Source of the DNA: an uncultured virus (IMG/VR IMGVR_UViG_3300035670_000136)
Lineage: Duplodnaviria; Heunggongvirae; Uroviricota; Caudoviricetes
Direction: 5' to 3' (one strand)
Virus record (IMG/VR): IMGVR_UViG_3300035670_000136
Length of the DNA: 64,000 nt
Positions 59,510 through 64,000 of this stretch are shown here, one piece after another. Every line of letters starts with the position of its first letter. The first letter of the stretch is position 1. The position numbers and the translations under genes were made by a program. The notes beneath the pieces were generated by a model. It was not told the origin of the DNA. It saw nothing but the letters and a program-made list of their open reading frames with translations, and ran no database searches.

Positions 59510-60454
59510 ATGTTGCAAAATGTGGAACTGTTGTGGGTCGAAAAATATCGACCTAAAACTATTGAAGATTGTATCCTTCCTGAAAACTTTAAGAAAACCT
59601 TTCAAGAGTATGTAGCGCGCAAAGAAATTCCAAACATGATCCTTTCGGGTTCAGCAGGTGTCGGTAAGACAACTGTTGCCCGAGCGATGTGTGAAGAGAT
59701 TGAGTGTGATTATATTATTATCAACGGTTCAGATGAATCAGGTATTGATACTCTACGTGTAAAGATTAAAGGGTTCGCTTCCTCCGTTTCTCTGACGGGA
59801 ACAGGAAGAAAGGTAATTATTATCGATGAGGCAGACTATCTAACTGCCAATGCTCAAGCCGCATTCCGTGGCGTTATCGAAGAGTTTTCTAAAAACTGTT
59901 CGTTTATCTTCACTTGCAACTTTAAAAATCGAATCATTCAACCGCTACACTCTCGATGTGCGGTAATTGATTTCAAGTTACAGAACGGTCAGAAAGCGAA
60001 GATGGCTTCTGCTTTTCTTAAGCGTGTTGAGCAGATTCTTAAAGAAGAAAAGATCTCGTATGATCTGAAGGTCGTAGCCGAACTGATTACAAAGTTCTTC
60101 CCCGATTATCGAAGAATTTTAAATGAACTCCAGCGATACAGCGTTGGTGGTACGATCGATATTGGTATTCTTTCTAACATTGGCGATTTTAAAATCACTG
60201 AACTTGTCGCCTTTTTAAAAGAGAAAGACTTCCGAAGTGTTCGTAAGTGGGTCGCCCAGAATACCGACAACGATACTCATCGAATTATGCGCGAAATTTA
60301 CGACAAATTATATGACGTTTTAAATCCAACCACGATTCCAATGGCAGTTATTCTTCTTGGTAAGTATCAGTATCAAGCCGCCTTTGCAGCCGATCAGGAA
60401 ATCAATCTTATGGCGTTCTTGACCGAACTCATGGTCGATTGCGAGTTTAAGTGA
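59510..60454 (+). CDS. gp44: Clamp loader large subunit gp44
   Basis: WVEKYRP, G.AGVGKTT, IIDEAD, SRC, FPD.RR. Confidence 0.93.
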   Translation: MLQNVELLWVEKYRPKTIEDCILPENFKKTFQEYVARKEIPNMILSGSAGVGKTTVARAMCEEIECDYIIINGSDESGIDTLRVKIKGFASSVSLTGTGRKVIIIDEADYLTANAQAAFRGVIEEFSKNCSFIFTCNFKNRIIQPLHSRCAVIDFKLQNGQKAKMASAFLKRVEQILKEEKISYDLKVVAELITKFFPDYRRILNELQRYSVGGTIDIGILSNIGDFKITELVAFLKEKDFRSVRKWVAQNTDNDTHRIMREIYDKLYDVLNPTTIPMAVILLGKYQYQAAFAADQEINLMAFLTELMVDCEFK

Positions 60455-60455
60455 T

Positions 60456-60626
60456 ATGGAAACATTATGTCTTCGAAATGCTCCAAAGCGATATATTGTG
60501 AGTATTGGTAATAAGATACTATTAGTTACGCATGACCATCGTTATGCAAAACAAGTAGAGGCAGAGATTCGTATTCGTAAAATAACTGACGAATCTTACA
60601 CAGTTATTTCTGGGGGGACTAAATGA
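60456..60626 (+). CDS. Small hypothetical protein between gp44 and gp62 (missing from the ORF track)
   Basis: 56-aa ORF METLCLRNAPKRYIVSIGNKILLVTHDHRYAK...; its stop overlaps the gp62 ATG (ATGA). Confidence 0.5.
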   Translation: METLCLRNAPKRYIVSIGNKILLVTHDHRYAKQVEAEIRIRKITDESYTVISGGTK

Positions 60627-60994
60627 CTGACCTATTCAAGGATATCGTACCGAGTATTCTTCAAACTAAAAAGCCAATATTGGAGGACGAAAAAGACTAC
60701 AATTCCTTTATGGTAAATCGAGCACTTTCGTATCATATGGATTGCATAATGTATGCTAACCAAATGAACGTTAATTTCGGTCTGGATAGAAAACCTCAGT
60801 ATGACTATTTAATAAATATAGTCAGGGCGAAGAAACGAAACTTTGCCAAATGGGAAAAACCCATACAAGAGGATAATTTGCAATCAATAAAGTTATTTTT
60901 CGGTTATTCTGATGCCAAGGCTGCAGAGGCTTTGAAAGTACTGACTGATGAGCAAATTGATATTATAAAAGAAAAAACGAAAATAGGTGACTGA
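60623..60994 (+). CDS. gp62: Clamp loader small subunit gp62
   Basis: Y..FMVNRALS...D.I..AN.MN, QYDYL, GYS..KA...L..L. Confidence 0.88.
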   Translation: MTDLFKDIVPSILQTKKPILEDEKDYNSFMVNRALSYHMDCIMYANQMNVNFGLDRKPQYDYLINIVRAKKRNFAKWEKPIQEDNLQSIKLFFGYSDAKAAEALKVLTDEQIDIIKEKTKIGD

Positions 60995-60995
60995 A

Positions 60996-61403
60996 ATGAG
61001 TGTTGATAATTTAGTGGAAGTGACGCTACAGAATGCTGATGACTTCCTCAAAATCCGCGAGACACTAACGCGCATCGGTGTAGCCGCTAAAAAAGAAAAT
61101 ATTTTATATCAATCTTGCCATATTCTACATAAGCAAGGTCGCTATTACATAGTTCATTTCAAAGAATTATTTTTGCTAGATGGTAAAGCATCAAGCATCT
61201 CTGAAAATGATCTTGCTCGTCGTAATTCGATTGCAAATCTTTTAGAGGAGTGGGGATTGCTAAAGGTTGTTGATTCCGAAAAGATCAAAGAACCAAAAGC
61301 GCCACTATCTCAAATTAAAATTATTGCTTTCAAAGACAAGAACGATTGGCAACTAGTTGCTAAATACAACATAGGTCGTAAGTTGGAGCCAAGACAGCAA
61401 TGA
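60996..61403 (+). CDS. regA: Translational repressor RegA
   Basis: DDFLKIRETLTRIG, LYQSCHILHKQG.YYIVHFKELF.LDG. Confidence 0.95.
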   Translation: MSVDNLVEVTLQNADDFLKIRETLTRIGVAAKKENILYQSCHILHKQGRYYIVHFKELFLLDGKASSISENDLARRNSIANLLEEWGLLKVVDSEKIKEPKAPLSQIKIIAFKDKNDWQLVAKYNIGRKLEPRQQ

Positions 61404-61939
61404 CAAACAGAATCAACGACGAAGTTTCTCTATCAGAAGCGGTTAAGTACCACTTAGACGAAAAGATTTCATTTACTGAAAATATTTTTCGTCCAGGTTC
61501 TGATAAATTCTTTGAGTTGATTCGTGAAGCAAAGAAACTATATTCTCGCGGCATGTATGTACCTGCTGATGAATGGGAAGTTGATTTGCTTGAAAGCGAC
61601 ATCGGCGAGTTTGCTGAGTTTAATGGCAAACAAGTACCATTAGATTTTCCAATTGAGATTGAAGATATTAACGAAGAAGATAAAACTGAGGGTAAAGGTA
61701 TCGGCAAACCATTTCGTCAAGGAAGTGGTGGGGCTGTTTATGTTCGCACCAGTGATGGTAATGTCAAGAAAGTTAATTTCAGTCAATCAGGTATGGCAAA
61801 AAAGTATAACGATCCTGCGCGTGTTCGTTCTTTTGTTGCTCGTCACCACTGTTTGACTAACAAAGATAAGACCAGTGCTTCTTACTGGGCATGCCGTTGG
61901 CCAAGATATTTTTCAAACTCAGGTAAGACTTGGTGGTAA
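61400..61939 (+). CDS. Conserved hypothetical protein
   Basis: C-terminal RSF.ARH.C....DK...YWAC motif. Confidence 0.6.
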   Translation: MTNRINDEVSLSEAVKYHLDEKISFTENIFRPGSDKFFELIREAKKLYSRGMYVPADEWEVDLLESDIGEFAEFNGKQVPLDFPIEIEDINEEDKTEGKGIGKPFRQGSGGAVYVRTSDGNVKKVNFSQSGMAKKYNDPARVRSFVARHHCLTNKDKTSASYWACRWPRYFSNSGKTWW

Positions 61940-62202
61940 ACCCTTACGTTGAAGAACGTATTGACGCTAACAGTTTTTATCGTATCTTTGACAAAAATGT
62001 CGTTAGCGAAGAATTAGTTTGGCATCGCGACCATTCAACGCGAGTCATAACTATAATTGAAGGTGAAGGTTGGTTATTGCAATTAGACAATCGTTTACCC
62101 ATAGAAATAAAAGTTGGAGAAGTCTATACTATTCCAGCAAACACTTATCATCGCGTGAAACGTGGTTTGAGTGACCTTAAGATTATGATACAGGAGATTT
62201 GA
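61930..62202 (+). CDS. Small cupin-fold protein
   Basis: WHRD...EG.GW.LQ.D...P.......IP...YHRV. Confidence 0.6.
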   Translation: MVVNPYVEERIDANSFYRIFDKNVVSEELVWHRDHSTRVITIIEGEGWLLQLDNRLPIEIKVGEVYTIPANTYHRVKRGLSDLKIMIQEI

Positions 62203-62204
62203 TA

Positions 62205-62855
62205 ATGGATCATTTTTATAATCAGCCACATATGGGTGAAAATTGGTTTACCTTTCCCCATCTCTATAGAGCAATGGTTGATCGATTTCCATCAGGCAGT
62301 CACTTTGTAGAAATTGGTAGTTGGAAGGGAATGTCGGCTGCATTCATGGGAGTTGAACTTATCAACTCAGGTAAAGACATTAAATTCGATTGTATTGACA
62401 TTTGGGCTGAAGAAGCATATGTCAAAGAGAATACCGTCATTGACGGTAAAGTAGTTTCACAGGATCTTTTCGGCAAGGAACTTTATAACACCTTTTTAAG
62501 AAATATTGATCCTGTTCGTCATGTGCTAAATCCAATTCGCAAAGATTCCGTTGCTGCGGCAGCAGACTATGAAGACGGCTCGCTTGATTTTGTTTTTGTG
62601 GATGGCGATCATAGTTATGAAGGCGTTAAGCGCGACATTATTGCATGGCTTCCTAAAATGAAACCAAATAGCGTTTTTGCTGGACATGATTACGCATGGA
62701 CGCCAGTCATTCAACAAGCAGTTGGAGAAATCTTTGGTCCAGGTGAATTTCATGATCCTTGGAGAAATGGTTGCTTCTTATTTGAAATTAAAGATGGTAA
62801 ACCATATCATCCAAGCATGCAAAAAAATAGTAAAGTTTTTGTTTATAACACATAA
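62205..62855 (+). CDS. Class I SAM-dependent methyltransferase (Methyltransf_24-like)
   Basis: VEIGSWKG.S, DFVFVDGDHSYE.V..DI..W, GHDY. Confidence 0.8.
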   Translation: MDHFYNQPHMGENWFTFPHLYRAMVDRFPSGSHFVEIGSWKGMSAAFMGVELINSGKDIKFDCIDIWAEEAYVKENTVIDGKVVSQDLFGKELYNTFLRNIDPVRHVLNPIRKDSVAAAADYEDGSLDFVFVDGDHSYEGVKRDIIAWLPKMKPNSVFAGHDYAWTPVIQQAVGEIFGPGEFHDPWRNGCFLFEIKDGKPYHPSMQKNSKVFVYNT

Positions 62856-62866
62856 AGGAATAAATT

Positions 62867-63439
62867 ATGCTCTCAGTGAATGTATATCGACTTCGTGATG
62901 ATATTGAACTTCCAACATATGGCACTTCTTTAGCAAATTGCTTTGATTTATCATTCCAACCAACTTCAAACGTTGTGAGTGGATATGATTCATTCAATTC
63001 ACCAATTGAATATAATGTAAATCATTTAGGTGAGTTGTCAGTCTATCCTGGTGATCGTTTGCTCATCCCTACAGGATTGATCTTCAAGATCGAACGCTAC
63101 GTTACAATTGAGACGTTTGCAGACATTGCACGACACGACGACGAACTTCCACTTCAGAACTATAGCATTCGCCTTCATCCTCGCTCAGGGCTTTCGCTTA
63201 AGAAAGGATTGATCCTAGCGAACTGCGAAGGCATTGTTGATGTTGATTATCAAGAGGAAGTGTTTGTTCTTTTGACGAACGTTTCTAAAATGCATACAAC
63301 AATTCGTCGTGGTGATCGCATTGCTCAGGCTGAAATTGTTGCAAATGAACCATTTCAGTTTATTGTTGCCTCTGAGAGACCAGAAAAACACTCCGAAAGA
63401 AGTGGCGGTTTTGGAAGCACAGGCGTAAATAATGCCTAA
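62867..63439 (+). CDS. dut: dUTPase
   Basis: PRSGL, GIVD.DY, GDRIAQ, R.GGFGSTG. Confidence 0.9.
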   Translation: MLSVNVYRLRDDIELPTYGTSLANCFDLSFQPTSNVVSGYDSFNSPIEYNVNHLGELSVYPGDRLLIPTGLIFKIERYVTIETFADIARHDDELPLQNYSIRLHPRSGLSLKKGLILANCEGIVDVDYQEEVFVLLTNVSKMHTTIRRGDRIAQAEIVANEPFQFIVASERPEKHSERSGGFGSTGVNNA

Positions 63440-63500
63440 ATAGTATTGGATGCCCATATGGGGTCTATAACTATAAACTTGCTTATTAAAGGAGTTACAA

Positions 63501-63944
63501 ATGACTAATATAACTGCACTTACATCTATGGATCATCTTGATCGTTTACTTCCAGCAGCACTTGGTTTTGAACATGTGTTTTCTACGCTGGACAACGCAA
63601 CCAGAATCTTAACTGCAACAGGAACTACATCGTTCCCACCTGTGAACGTCATTAAAACTGACGAATACAATTTCACAGTTGAACTTGCAGTCGCTGGTTA
63701 TAAACAAGATGAAATCGAAATCACTTCTGAGAGAAACTCTCTAAAAATCAAAGGCAAAAAGACAGACACCGACGAACGCAACTATCTTGTAAAGGGTATT
63801 GCTGGTCGTCAGTTTTCTCGCCAATTTGTTCTTGCTGACACAGTAGTGGTTCGTGATGCGACTCTTGCTGATGGCATTCTTTCTATTCAATTAGAAAATG
63901 TCATTCCTGAAGAACAGAAACCTCGTAAGATTGATATCAAATAA
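63501..63944 (+). CDS. Small heat-shock protein Hsp20 (IbpA-like)
   Basis: PP.N, ELAVAG, GIA.R.F.R.F.L, A.L.DGIL.I.L...PEE.KPR.I.I. Confidence 0.92.
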   Translation: MTNITALTSMDHLDRLLPAALGFEHVFSTLDNATRILTATGTTSFPPVNVIKTDEYNFTVELAVAGYKQDEIEITSERNSLKIKGKKTDTDERNYLVKGIAGRQFSRQFVLADTVVVRDATLADGILSIQLENVIPEEQKPRKIDIK

Positions 63945-64000
63945 CCATTGAGATAACTATATTATGCATAATGATGAATTGACGTGGGATGAATTGTTTA

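Noticed and set aside
63964..64000. Start of a further ORF (MHNDELTWDELF), possibly a dCMP deaminase
   Set aside because: Truncated by the window edge; 12 codons are not enough to call

Overview
This 64 kb window is part of a T4-like myovirus genome, and all credible genes lie on the + strand. A proteobacterial host is inferred from IHF boxes, sigma70-type promoters and a Tat signal peptide. Positions 1-20.6 kb hold four collagen-like (G-X-Y) fibre genes interleaved with Gly-rich or propeller proteins and several 2OG-Fe(II) oxygenases. That block ends in a three-domain COLGALT-like/PLOD-like enzyme that appears to put the whole collagen Lys -> Hyl -> Gal-Hyl -> Glc-Gal-Hyl pathway in one polypeptide. 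Positions 20.6-37.4 kb carry the T4 morphogenesis core (gp13-gp23, gp3) with a fifth collagen fibre and two LamG proteins inserted. Positions 37.4-44.2 kb carry uvsY, uvsW, gp55, gp47, gp46 and peptide deformylase. Positions 44.2-49.4 kb form an early block (peptidase-vWA plus MoxR/CobS AAA) with twin IHF-box promoters that appear leaderless. Positions 49.5-57.7 kb are a ten-gene candidate DNA hypermodification operon: TET/JBP dioxygenase, Ntn amidotransferase, GT4, amidoligase, LMW phosphatase, amino-acid:DNA transferase, P-loop kinase, GT-A, sulfotransferase and dNMP kinase. Positions 57.7-64 kb carry gp45, gp44, gp62, regA, a nuclease-less NUMOD3 gene, a Tat-signal protein, a methyltransferase, dUTPase and Hsp20. 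I saw no tRNA, rRNA or CRISPR array. All family calls come from motifs recognised by eye, not from database searches.
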